A DNA stretch of 62,967 nucleotides, the filler included, from Choristocarpus tenellus KU-1152 (Eukaryota > Protista > Phaeophyceae): NCBI GenBank assembly GCA_964200185.2. It is 12 parts of 12 records of this genome, joined end to end, with 100 filler letters (N's around TTAATTAATTAA, not from the genome) between each part and the next. Parts side by side here need not be neighbours in the genome. Positions count along the whole stretch, not along the records: positions 12,238 to 16,125 come from CAXNAD020017347.1; positions 16,226 to 25,423 come from CAXNAD020003889.1; positions 25,524 to 29,073 come from CAXNAD020019316.1; 9 more parts are not named here. One strand, 5' to 3'. The notes beneath the pieces are model-generated. The model had not been told where the DNA came from and searched no databases. It saw only the letters and a program-made list of their open reading frames with translations. Shown here piece after piece: positions 12,669-26,199 of this stretch (positions are counted from its first letter, which is position 1; every line of letters starts with the position of its first letter). The translations under genes and the position numbers were made by a program.

Positions 12669-12840
12669 GGGGGTGGAGGAGGGGGAGGTCTACACCAGGG
12701 TGTCCATTTTGGTCCAAAATCAGAAAAAGTGCACTTACATAATCCATCCGACATATGCAACCGAGTCACAAAAAAATCGCGACATGAAAAAATTGGCCCC
12801 AAAGTGACAGCAACCATCCACCCCACAGATATTTTGAGCC
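12669..12840 (+). mobile_element. MITE F1, left TIR eroded
   Basis: Colinear with 29241-29419; ends cagatattttgagcc. Confidence 0.85.
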
Positions 12841-15045
12841 GATTGTGTAAATATATTTTATGTTTGTAGACGCGGGTTGTTGTCTCCTTGCCCTGAACGA
12901 AACTCTAAATGTATGACCGTTCATAATTTGCAACTGTGTCTCTTACCAAATCTTTCCCACGCATGATTTTTTACCTTCCTGTCCAAAATCTTCTTTTGTA
13001 CGATGTTGCCTTTTGATTTTGTCGTGTGATCCAGGCAATGCTGCAAGAAACTCGTATGTGTAGACTCGAAGTGTGCAAAAGCAGTCTAGAACAAGAGCTC
13101 TCTCTTTGAAGGAGAACTGGAACACTGCTGAGAACATATTTGTCATGTCACATTGGTTGATGTGCATCATTATGAACGGGGGAGTTGACTTGGTGTTCCC
13201 TCACTATTTTATATCCTTGAAACACAACAGACTACTGCTTCACATAATGTAGAAGAAGAGGTTTGTCAAAAAAATTACTCTATCTGGGAAGGTTTTCTAG
13301 ATCAGTTCAAATACGCTTATTTACCGTATTTATTCTCAACTTCTCAACGATGAAGTTGTTTAGCGGGAGTTAGAGAAGGGCACTCTTTTGTTGATACATA
13401 GTTCAGGTAGGAAAGCCTTGATTTTAGCATGCATTTTTATTGTGGCTAGAGCCTGGATAGTTCAAATGCGCATACCTTTTCCTTGTTGAGTACGTGTAGG
13501 GGTAGTTTCGCGAGGAGTTGTTTTACTCTCGATATACCTTATTTTTATCTTGGTAAAGGGTTGCTTGATTTTTGCATGTAGGAAGTCGACCAATTTACCT
13601 GTGTACCTCTAGTGTTCTGCGTATGACGTTTTATGTTATTTTTTTGTAATATTTTTTCCTATAGGTAGGTAGCTGAATGATGCACCACCTGTTCACTTGT
13701 GAAGGGTATGCACTACAATGTTTGAATGTGCTGATTTTGCTACACTATCTTGACCATAAGGACACTCAAACAAATGAAGGATTTCATGTGTCAAGACAGT
13801 ATTAATGTAGAAGCATGGGTGAAGTAGTAGGTGCTAGAGGGAATTGAACATTTATGCACAAGATAGAGGAACTTCTGAACATGCGAAAAATAATCACCAT
13901 TATTGTACAAGGAGTTTGTAGGAGAGGTGTAGAAACCTCGTGTATTGATGATAGGTGGTAGACTGTAATGTAGGGAGTAAAGAACATGATCTTTCCTAAA
14001 ACAAACGTGCCGTTATCATCAACGGTGTGTTCTCTCCTTATTCAGTGAGTAATTGTGTATGCAAGTGCACTATCTTACTTTATACATTCAAACCGACTTC
14101 GCAATTCGGAAACGTGTCTTTCTACAATTACACAAAATGGCGTCGTTTTCCTCTTTTTCAGGATCTTTAAAATGCAACCCTGGCTACTTCCCGATTGATT
14201 TGATTAACGTTCCACATACAAAGTGTCACAATAATCCAGAAACCTCTTGCTCCAAATGTCCAAAAAAACACAGACATTTAGGGAGGGTGCCTTGAATTGC
14301 AATTCTGTGTACCTCTCATTTCCTTTCGACTGAAATATAAAAACCAACCTAAACGGTAACATGGTTATGATAGGATTGCATACCTCTTGCATTCCAACGG
14401 CTAAGCGGGTAATGAGTAATGGAGGTATAGGAGGGGGGTGATGTAGCATAGGTGGTAGTCAATTAGTAAAGAGATATAGAAAAATGTATTTCATATATAC
14501 AAGTATACCTTACGTGTATTGTTACGACATTGAATGTACTTTTCATTCACCTTTCCCATCACACATACCCAAAATATCAGATGGTATAGTAATATATATA
14601 TAATATTGAACAGCATCGGTTTTATTTTGGTAGGAACACACCCAATAGTTGGTGTGAAATTAGCCCTAACAAGTTTAAGCTACAGGGTTGAAACCTGTTT
14701 TGAAACCTTCCGTTGTAATGTGGGTGACTCTTCAGCTTTTTGTTGTTTATTCTGCGTGTTGTGTTTTAATACTACCTCCGTGCCATAAGTCTGTTCCACG
14801 TTGTCCATAACAATTGAAGATGATAAAAATCAATTCTGTAAGATTTATTTGGCATCGTTGACGAATTTCTGGTTAGGGTCAGCTCTTTGTGGTATTATTA
14901 CTCCCCATCAATCACAATTTTATCAGCCACAGAAAAAGCCTCCATGTCCACCTTCAGTGTGTCGTCAACCTCTCCAGACAACTGCCTCTTCCTTGCCCCT
15001 CTGTGCTCCACACTGAAGTCATTCTCCCCTTTGTATCTAAGTACT

Positions 15046-15297
15046 GAGCCACAGTATTTTAGAGGGTAGGGTCACGTCCATTCAGGGGCCAAAGTCCAAT
15101 GTTGCGATTTGAATGTAATATTGGTTTTCGTGTTATTTAGGAAAGTGTCAATATCCTTGTTCCGGACACCTTTTCATAACGTATACATTTTACCTAGTAC
15201 GAAATATTCTGGAGTAGGAAAATGTCATGAAAAGAAACTTGGAAGCCAAGCCCCAAACGAACAGAGAAAACTTGTACCCTCTGAGATACTTTTACTC
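15046..15297 (+). mobile_element. MITE F2
   Basis: gagccacagtattttagagggta ... taccctctgagatacttttactc; internal sequence colinear with 4199-4458; flanks ACT/AAT. Confidence 0.88.
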
Positions 15298-15329
15298 AAT
15301 TGATTGTACACCACAAAAAGGAGCTACCA

Positions 15330-16125
15330 AGCCCTCTCAAGTGTGCTTTCATCATACTCCTCATAATGTGTCTTAATTGCCTTCACCATCTCCTCAACGG
15401 ACCCTAACCGCTGCCCCATCACCTGGCATGTCGAAGACCTCAAGAAGCACAGGTCATGATATTGAGGTTGAGGGAGTTTGATGGTGGCGTCACAAGCCTA
15501 ATCGACCACCCCTCAGTCTTCCCTGCCCTGACAAGATTTTTGAGTTCCCCTTTGCCCGTGTGGAGGGTGGCACCATCTTGCTGAACGACAAGGTGCTTCC
15601 CCTGCAACCAAGGTATCTTGGTCTTGATTACAGGCAGGAAGTCCTGTGAGTACCACCTCCTGTACCACAAATGGTCTAAAGTACAGTCCTGCTCATACAC
15701 ATCCTCCTTTTTACATGTCTTGCTTGTCCTGTCTGCCGTTTTTGGCGCACACACATGCCAAACACCAAGCTTTCCATCAAAGCCGTGAGCCGAATTTGGC
15801 GGGCGTTGGCTGCAATGATCGTGGTTTTGGGGATACGACTCTTGTGCTGCAAAGTAGGGGACCCTGGAAGGTCGCTATCATCCTCATGCAGAAACACCCT
15901 ATCCCTTTCCCCTTCAGCCATCACGAAAAACCAGGTTTCATCCACATGGACCGTGTTTGTCATGGAGGCGTACACACCACGATTCCAGTCCATTTGATCG
16001 CAAATGAAGTCCATTCTCCGTACCTTTTGCCACGGTTGAAGCTTGGGTTTGATCCAGCGGCAATTCGGCATAGCCCCCATATCATCCAACCACCTGTTTA
16101 TGGTGCTCGTGATATAATTCAGCCC
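15330..16125 (-). mobile_element. Tc1/mariner (plant-mariner-like) transposase pseudogene, truncated by contig end
   Basis: VHVDETWFF, QHKSRIPK, VVQQDGATLH, GWSIRLVTPPSNSLNLN; frameshifts. Confidence 0.88.
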
Positions 16126-16424
16126 NNNNNNNNNNNNNNNNNNNNNNNNNNNNNNNNNNNNNNNNNNNNTTAATTAATTAANNNNNNNNNNNNNNNNNNN
16201 NNNNNNNNNNNNNNNNNNNNNNNNNAGCAGTAAGGTAGCATTTCAAACAACATCAAGAATCTTCAACCTCCGAGGAAAATAAACAAACCTTACCATTAAT
16301 TAACCAAAGCAAACAATGGATACATACAGGGGGTCGGGGATTAGGAAGTATGACATGAAAAGGAAATGGATGGAAAGAAAAAGATGTGCATTCATGAAAA
16401 AAAATGAATTACAAAGATGCTCAC

Positions 16425-19400
16425 CGGTTGCTGGAGGCGTTTCTTGAGAGGCTGGTAAGACTTGGTCACAGGGATCTTCACCTGCACAGAGTCCAACCCA
16501 AATAGAAGTGGCGAGGTGAGGGGAAGGGAAGGGGGTGGGGGGAGTATTTCAAGCAATGCATAAATATTTGTGTCTGGGTGGAGTTCTAAATTATGCTCTC
16601 CCAGAATAAAGCGAACAAATACGCATTACATAAAATATACTATATTCATACAATTCATTCTACATCAAAACTGAGAAGTATTTTTTTCAATACAGTGAAA
16701 TGCACTGTCAAGTGGAAAACTCTTATATGTATGTATGCATTTATGTAGCATGTAGTGGTTTGATTACACATTTTCTTCCTACCATTCCAATCCTTAACTT
16801 TACACCTATCAACAGAAGTTCAGAAAAATTCTTGCACAGCACAAATAGATAGGGGTTTCCAATGGATACCCATGGAGAGGTGCTGACAACTTCTTCTGTG
16901 TACTACTCTCCCCAAAAAGAAATTCGACCCATCTCACATCAATTATATTCTTAGAAAGCTGAGATGGAAGGTCCACCTTGGCATACTATACTACATTAGG
17001 TGGTTCCCAAGGTAAGGTGGCAGCATACTGATAAGCACAACAGCGGGTGTCACAAAACCCCATCACAGGAGAGTCCAACTGAAAAAAAAATACAACAGTA
17101 TGGGGTCTCTTCTACTAATTCTCTAAAAAAGCTTGAAATTTTTTTGAATGCACATAAATATTAGCTTTAACTTCCACATACGTTCATCAGAAAAAATCAT
17201 CTTTCAGTAGAATGGACATCACATTTTTTCTTCCTACTCCTTTCGACGTCAAAAATGAGGAACCTTTCCTATACTTCAAACTAATCTCAGAAAAGTTGGA
17301 TCCTCCTCCTCCAGTCCCCTCCCTCCCCACACACACAGTGTTTTCTACAATAAAAATAATATTGAAAACAAAGATACTAACAAAATTCTCTTGAGAAGCT
17401 AATTGTCCGACTCCCAACCTCTATAGTAACTCTCCCACTTTGCCCACATACATCACACTGGAAACACCGATGTATTAGGACATGGGCACCAAATAAATAT
17501 ATATTTTTTTAATCTCTGGGGTATGTACTCAAAGATTGCTTGGTTTCCAAATATCTATCAGGCACTACAATTAATAGGGGGCAAGGCCCTTGCTAACACC
17601 GTAACCGTTCTGCGAGCCTTTTTACCGTCCCATATCAACAGCTTTCCACATCTTTGGCTGGCATGGTTATCAACAAGATATTGCATTCAAGAGACTACTA
17701 GCCCTGGGGTCTATCACACCAACAAAAGCTTGACTTACGACTCTGCTCGAGGACTGCACCTGTGTTGCCATGCCTCCATTGAGGTACTCAGAGAACCTCC
17801 TGGTGTCTGCACATATCTTCAACCGGTATGGATCAAATACCATCTTTTCCTCCGAAACCTTCTTGCCATCCACCTCCTTGGTGACCATCACCTTCACAAA
17901 AAAAAATAATGGTGACAAGTGTCAAACAGGAAGGGTATTGACTGGGGGGTGGAGGTGGGCGCTGGGGTGCGAGAGACTGGGGTGTGCACGGAGTCACTAA
18001 CAGGCGTATGTATGAACCATGTGACATCATTCAGCCATGTGGCCAAGTCTTGTTCAATAGATCGAGGTGATAAACCTAACCCTATTTCTATCATCAAGAC
18101 AGGACTAAGAGGGTTTTAGCAGACTAGGAGGCGTTGCAGGGTAAACCTGTGACCAATTACAGTGTTCAAAATGGCACATAAGCATATTATTTATAAATAA
18201 TTTCAATACACTGATTTTCACAAGGCGTACACATCTACCAAGCCCCTCAATAATAATAATTCTGAACCATCTCTATGGTATGAACATGATAACCACACTC
18301 TGCAAGCCCTCTCTATGAGTCCATCGAGTATTTTGTTACCATAGTAGCATAAGCTCTAAATATCCCTGCTCCTTTGACAACGACAGTTACCGCCATTTAG
18401 TTCTCAAGGATTCCTACCAACCAATGAAAAAGGTTGGTAGGCTCCTACACACTACCAAGAGTAGGTGGAGTCCTATATTTCAAAGTGGTTTTGACAAGTC
18501 AAGATAAAAATCACAAATAACTTAATTAAGATTGTTAGGTAGCCTGTGGGTGGAGGGTGAGGATGTCTGTTAAAAGGTGTTGCCAAAAAAATCAAAGGTG
18601 TACCTTTTTCTTGCAGGTCTTAATCTTTACCGGGCCCAGCGCATTGATCGTCTTCCCTGCACCAGCCTTGGCTTCCATACCCTCCACATCAGACAATTCT
18701 ATCCACCCATCATGCTGATCACAAAAGACATACACAAAACAAGTCATTGGCACACAGAGGACACAAAGAGAATCACAATCTAGCATCAATCGTGTATCTA
18801 TCATCAGGGGTGGGGCAGGAGGGTCAAAATATGCTATTCACTTACAACGGCTACAGATTGCTGTAGAGTGACTCCATGATGCCACAGAGTATTCTATCTC
18901 TATCAGAGAACTCGGTTTTCTTTGCAAAGATTGTCTTTGTGGGTTGAACATTTTCAAGGATATTACATGAAAATAATCAAAAGGAAATGCAAAAGAGGGT
19001 GGGGCAGTATGGTGGTCAGAAAGTGTGAACTAAACAGGATGAGCTGGCTTTAGGTTCAACCAAGAGAGAGTCCTTACTAAAACAACACAAATTATTGATC
19101 ACATGCCATACACATAAAAAAAAGATAAAACTAGTGTTTTCAAAATTGTCCATGCACAAAAATATCCTTTGAGGTACTACACATGGTGCATATACCTCAC
19201 TTAAGCCCATGTATGAATCTTTTGTGTCTGTGGTATAGGAAGTACATATTGCATTTGGAGCAGACTAGCAAATACTCCTCCATTCTCTAGAAAATACTTG
19301 TTAAATAAAAGTAATAATTTCTATATTAAGAATAGTATGACACAAACAACCTTACTCACATCATTCTCTTCCATACCATGCATGCGCCCCCCTTCCTCCC

Positions 19401-22400
19401 CGCACGCTCCAAGCAGTGTCACCACTGCCTCTTCCTCATTAGAAATCTGATTTTTTTTAAAATATATGTATGGATGAAACATTAGAATGCCACCATCAAG
19501 TACTACAGTACATAAAATTGAAGCTGTTGAATACACCACCATCTGCAGATTAAAAAATGAAATTAACAATACAATAACGCAATAAATTATAGTAATAATA
19601 ATAACAATATCAATAATAATAATAAGGCAAAGATGAGGCATGATTTAATATTCAATAATACTTCAAGCAGCAAATATGCATCAACAAGAAACAAGACACT
19701 TCAGACACTATAAAAGCACTTATTCACTCCACCTCCCCTTCTGTCCTGGTCCCATTCCCTCTACATTTCCCTCTCCCTCCAGTCACAACCCCTCCAATTT
19801 AAAACACACGAGATCTGTTTTTCTCACATCTGTCACAATGCGACTTGTCGGGGCCTCTCCATTGAGATCTCGAACTGAGAACGCCTTACCAAAGTCACTG
19901 AACACGTACCCAAATGCACCCATCGTGCCTGCCGCAATGAAGATTGCTCCCTGAAAACAAAAAAGAAAAAAAATTACACAACATGTGCATGATCTGTAGA
20001 AGATTCAGGCATATACACAGCATGTGCACAGCCAAGGGCAAGCAAACACTTGTATTGTGTAGGGAGGAGGGATAGAGACTTACAACAAGAATGGACAGAC
20101 CTGCACAGGATTGAAAGACAAACACTTGTCAACTCACATTGTTTAGAACAAAAAGTCTCAAGAGTTGACTTGTCCAACACACATTCTGTCTATTAGAGTC
20201 ATCGAATACAAAAGCTTAGAAAGAGCAACTCAACAGTAACAATAACTACACCCCTGTACCAACTCTTACGATGTGTTACACTGTAAATCATCTGCACGCA
20301 CAGGTTACCTCAAATGATATTCAGGGTGCTGCTGTTTATATACAAAACAGGAAAAAATCATTCACTGGATGAGTTCTTACATGATAGTTTATCCCCGAAC
20401 ATCTCATTGCTGTCTCTCCACCAATGGTACATAAAGACAACACATCTAACTGGAGCTACAAATAACAATACACCATACTCCCCCCCATACACACATCAAC
20501 ATGGGTGTGCATTTGTACCAGCCAAGAAAGTATTCACTCAAACAATATTCACTAGTCGGGGAGAGAAATTGCAGGGTATACAGGTATGTAGATGTGTAGA
20601 TTTGTAGACAAGTAGCAACAATGACAATGGCCACAAAGAGTATGCAAATCATGTACACAACAATAATACCATATATATACTTACTAAATATTCTTTAGAT
20701 ATACACAGTATAAAATAATATATATTTCCTCTCTTCAGAAACATAGAATAGGTTTGGAATTTTTTCCATATAACAGAGTCCCTTAACTTTATTCAAACCA
20801 ATTTCACCGCAGTGAAGAGCAAACTAAAATTGATCAGTTCAACCATCATTTTCAAGTGATATTTGTGCTTTCACGAGGCCACTAGACCCCAGAGTAGGGT
20901 TAAACCAAGACCTAAATTTGAAATTTCTCATCAGAGTCCTTCTAGCACACACTAGGCATACACACTGGTCGAAAAATGCCCTAGATTGTCAAAAAAAAAT
21001 TATACTGGTTGGAAGGAGGGCAGTCGTTGCAGAGCTGCTTCAAGGCATTAAGTAAGAATGGGTTCTTAATGCGCAGCAACATCAAGCAAGTTGCTGATAT
21101 ATTTTCATACCCATCCCATATGCTTGCCCACTTGACCTATGAAGTACTCTCAACAATAATCAATATCCTACCTTCAGTCAAGTCACCATTAGGACCCCAT
21201 AAATGTGAACACTGGAAGAAATAAGTATTTGCCTAAACCTGCAATATATTTTCTAAAAAAAAGTAGAAAAAAAAAGGCATTGGATTTCAACTACAAAACA
21301 TTCTTACAACAGGTCTTTTTTTCCACTTTTCTGAAAACACAATTGATGCTAATTTGAAAACCAGTCAGGGCAAAAAGAGTCCAACTAGCACATCAATATG
21401 TTCAATCCCCCCTTGAAGTTATGTCCAATTCATTGTGAAATCGGAATTTCAAACACACAAATCAAACCTTATATTTTCATACTATGAACAACATGATACC
21501 ATACCAGACAAGTACTGCATTACACCAAAAATTACATCCTGTCATCACTCTTATGGTAAGGACAAAAAAAAGTCAGTGATATCAATAATGATATCAATAA
21601 TGATATCAATTCATAACAATGCAAATGATAAGCATATAACAATAATATGTAATAACGATAATGATAACAATTCGGAACAGATAATAAGAATAAACAGCAG
21701 ATAACAATGATTAAAAACAGCTCACCCACCTTCTCGTGGCAAAAGGTATTCCACCTAACAGTTTCCTCCGGTGCCTGCCCACAGAAAACCACCGCCCCAT
21801 GCACACCCACAACCGCCTCAGTAAGAGCTCCCACATGCACCCTTACAGAGACCATGGAGTTCAACTCCTGCAGCTTTCTCACAACACAGCTGCACACCAA
21901 GGTAGAGAATGGGAGAAGGATGGTGGCGGAATATCTTTGGAGGTATGTGTTGCTCTTGACTGAGTACTGATTATGGGATTCTCATGTGGGCACTATAGGA
22001 GTGGATATCAGATTCTAGTAAGGCCCCTTGGACATAAGTTGAGCATGATGGACCAATGAAACCTACACTTGCCTGTAGGACTAGGACTGCAACTGAGAAC
22101 CAATTGAAACGAACTAGACTCTGAACACATGTAATGAATCATGCCCAATGATTTCATTCCATAATCTCTGCTACCAGGGCGGCCATGACCCAACCTTACT
22201 GCGCTTGTAGTTGGACTTGTACTGTTGTTTCTAAATGGAAGTTTGCATCGAACCAAACCTAACATGTGTAGAAAGGATGACATCATATCCAAACATTTCA
22301 TATTTTAAAAAGAAGTTACATTTCTGGCACCATGTCGGTTCAGTTCACAACTTGATTGACCCCCTCAAACTGCCTGATAACACTATACTCAAAACTAACG

Positions 22401-25004
22401 GCAGTGCAGGGGTGGTAGAGGAAATACATAAATGCATGCCTAGACTTCAGTGGTTCAAGTATATCCACAACATTCCAAGCTTACACCAACCAACCAATTG
22501 GAGTTCAGCGGCACATTAGATGCTACGAAAGTTGCCACTTTTCATTGTGCCTATTGGTAGGATGTTCCTTACATCATCACACATCACTTTTTACTTAACC
22601 ATACATCTCTTTTAAACGATTCTGAACCTGGTCTGTTTCATCACTTTGAGCACGCAGTAGTAAGTAGCAGACAACAACCCCATAAAAAATGCTGTCATTT
22701 GGTGTGGTATGTAACAGCTATGTACAGGTTTCAGGTCATGTCAAAATAAAGCACTTGCAATTTATCTTGACTTCAATGACCTCCCACCACAACATGTATT
22801 ATTGAGTGACCCACAACCAGGACATCCACACACAAAACGCAACCCAAGCTTCTTCATTGCAGATACTTCAAATTATTATGGATCGAGGCCAGGAGGACGT
22901 TGGATAAAGTCACATTCAGGTCAATGGCACACATGACCGAAAACACGTATCACATTTAGCCAGTAGAATGTACAAACCCTGCCCACCCCCAATTATTCTA
23001 TCAACCAATCATAACTCTATTTCAACCCCATGACACCAGATCAATGCTGGATTACTATGCAGTAGAATTCATAATAACAGATCAGCCCCCACACTGATCA
23101 TCTCACACATCTCTTGCCTCAACATGATGTGGAAAATAGAGAGCAGTTTCAACCTCTGGCAAGTTTTTGTACACTCTGCTATACACATCAGAAAAATATT
23201 CTAGAAAACCATGGACATTTAACTGCACCCATACAACCTACTTGGGCAAACATCCAACTTAATCCTACTTATTTCGCTTCTTCAATGCAACATGCACCAA
23301 AAAACACTATACACACATACATACCTCTAGAACATCAAGGGCTAACAAAGCGAAACAAAACAAATTGCAATTACACATCTTGTTGGATGTCACCCTTCCC
23401 TCCATCATCCATTGTCCTCTGACTTGCAAGTAAAAAAACTACTTACACAAATGAGCACTTCCGAATACACAAAAACACACATATATACAACTCACAGTTC
23501 ACATGGACAATCTTGGAGTTCACCCCCACAAGAGAAGAAAATGTGCTTTACAAACAGTAAAAACAATCTTCCATCCAGGCACAACATACACCTACGCCCA
23601 TCCAATTTAGCATCCACCTACCTAGCCCGACCCTTCCCTACATCTGTCTCCTCCAGAAAGAAATTAGCGCCCAGGTCAGGAAGAGACACTACCTCCTCAT
23701 CCACCAGTGTAACCACACCTGGACCTGCTAACACCAAGTTTTTTGCTGTCTCCATGCCAAGGCCCCTGCACGACTCAAACCATAACGAGAATAGTGTAGG
23801 CATTTAGTGGAGGTGATACAGTGGTAGCTGAGATGGGCATTGCTTAGGTGGCAGGGGGGCGAGAGGTTAGCAAACAATATGGGAGCATTAGGCAAAGGAG
23901 GGAGTGTGACCAGGCTACCAGGTTCTTGACCCTTTGGAGCTATGACAACTAAAGCACCCGACGGGTGTGGGCTTTAGGGAGGTGGGAAGGCACCTGAGGC
24001 CCACGATGAGAACCTTTAAGTTTAAGAGTTTGGACATGGCCTCCATGCCGAATGCGCCGATCTGTCGACTGTACTTGTCCATGAAAGCGGCATTGTCTTC
24101 CAGCTTCTCGAGGCCATCCCAGTGTCGAAGTGCCAGTGGTGAAAAGTTGAGGGCATGGGGAGCAGGAAGAAGAGGGGGGTGGTATATATCCATCATGGTT
24201 GGATTGTAGATGATACAGTGGTCATTCTATCGCAAAGCAAGTGAGAAGAACTTTCTCGATACCTCCGTGTGTGTTTGGTTGGGTTGGGTTTCTCATTGAT
24301 GCGAGAAAAGCATCAATATTTTCAATTTCTAAAAAGACACTTGGGCATCTTGCTGTTATCTTAAAGTCTAAAAGATCAAGATCACAAAGAAATTGAAATA
24401 TTTCTAGTAGAGACACAAGGACCATGGCAATTTCAGTGGGCAGTCTCTTTGTGGAGTAAGAGAGAGAGAAAGAGCGTAGATATCACGATGGGCTCTTCCT
24501 ACGACTCTCAACTTGTGCAGGTCAATAAGAAGCTCATAAATAGTGAAACGTGTCTAGAGGCTATTAGCAACGTATTCGGTATGTCAGATAGAGTTGAATG
24601 GTACACAAGGAGGGTATGTATCCAAGTGCTTCAACCGCAACTCACCAGCGAAAAGGAGTCCACTCCATTCAATCTATCCGATATAATCATCGACAGACGT
24701 AAAGCTACAGAAAAAGAAAAAAAAAGAGTTGTGCATTTCCTCTAAGCAACTTCCCTACCTCGCGCCTCACCCAAAGAGAGCGCTGCTTTCCTCCAATGCC
24801 TGAACCATCACGCCCATATTCCTAAGAGGTACGAAGAGCAATATCAATCAAGCACAACCATGGTGCCCCTAAATGCTTACGTCAAGTTACCTATAATAGA
24901 ATTAACGTTCAACCCACACTGAAGTAGAGTCAATCAGGGATCAGTGTGCAATTGGTGAGGGTACAGTTGACCTTGTTCTCAGCAGATATCCTTTCCTCCG
25001 CCAT
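16425..25004 (-). CDS. UBA1: Ubiquitin-activating enzyme E1, 5' portion. Exons: 25004-24972 (tentative), 24103-23994 (or start at 24196), 23765-23622, 21889-21730, 19950-19828, 19446-19360, 18714-18604, 17891-17760, 16481-16425
   Basis: YSRQIGAFGMEAM, VLIVGLRGLGMETAKNLVLAG, DLGANFFL, LQELNSMV, FGYVFSDFG, DTRRFSEYLNGG..TQVK; all junctions GT-AG and phase-consistent. Confidence 0.93.
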
Positions 25005-26199
25005 CTCTGTGCAACGACGCTTGTTCCTCGTCTTGACGAGTGCGTGACCACCTACGACTGAAAGTGAATCTATGCTGCTCCTATCCGTATTGGTTCTCGC
25101 CTTCTCAGATCTCTGTTCTCTCACCAGCTCCAGCGTGCATTCGTCTCCAGGACACAATGGACAAAATATTGGGAGAAGAATGGTGTGCCCTTCCACGAAG
25201 CGTGGGCGGATGGCGGTTGTTAAGGTATTGGAGAGAGAGGATTGTAAACAAGGAAAAACTTGGAGGAATTCAGATCATGTGTATTCTGAGAACATATGGG
25301 AATTCGGAACCGTAGATACGGCTGAAAACAACATCACATAAATAAAAATGATCGTAAATGTGATTCATGTGATTCTGTGGCGGCGTGGTTCACTCAGGCA
25401 AGGGTGGCGAAGAGAATCACCGGNNNNNNNNNNNNNNNNNNNNNNNNNNNNNNNNNNNNNNNNNNNNTTAATTAATTAANNNNNNNNNNNNNNNNNNNNN
25501 NNNNNNNNNNNNNNNNNNNNNNNAGCCCCACCTAGTGACGGTACCTCACTCTCTTCTCAACTGTGATACAAGCTAACAAACAATAATATAACTTGTTGTG
25601 TGGGACAACAGATCGTCAAGGACAGCTTAACAAAATGCTTGTCGACATGTGGAGTCACTTCAGAAAAGATCAGATGTTTTTCATTGGACCGGAAAAAAAA
25701 AATGACCTGGTCCCTGCCTGGCCTGAAGAAAGACCCTGAAAAATATGTCCACAGGGCTGCTTTTTCTACAACTAGCTCAATCATGGCCTATTTGAGGTGT
25801 ACAGGTGTTAAGTACTGCTCTAATTGAGAACCAACAACGGTGAAAAATGCTACAAATATGCATAGGGTTAGAGCTCCATTATCAGTCCACTCGTACAACT
25901 AAACTTTTGAACATGGAATGAATTGGAGGAGACGTGATCTCTGGGAGGCGAGGGGGGGCAGGAAAGTATCACTTTGATACCAATGGGCTTTATACCACTT
26001 GAAAATATATCCACATTGTACCTGCTGGAGCATGCTATAGATATCAAATCTAGTGCAAAGACAAATATATTGATAAAATTGCTATCATCATGTTCCTTAC
26101 ATACTAAAACTAAGAAAAACACAACACGGACATTACAAACTCTCTATCAAAAATGTTAAGTAGACATTGCTAATCCCTCAATAAAACAACAGCAGTCAC

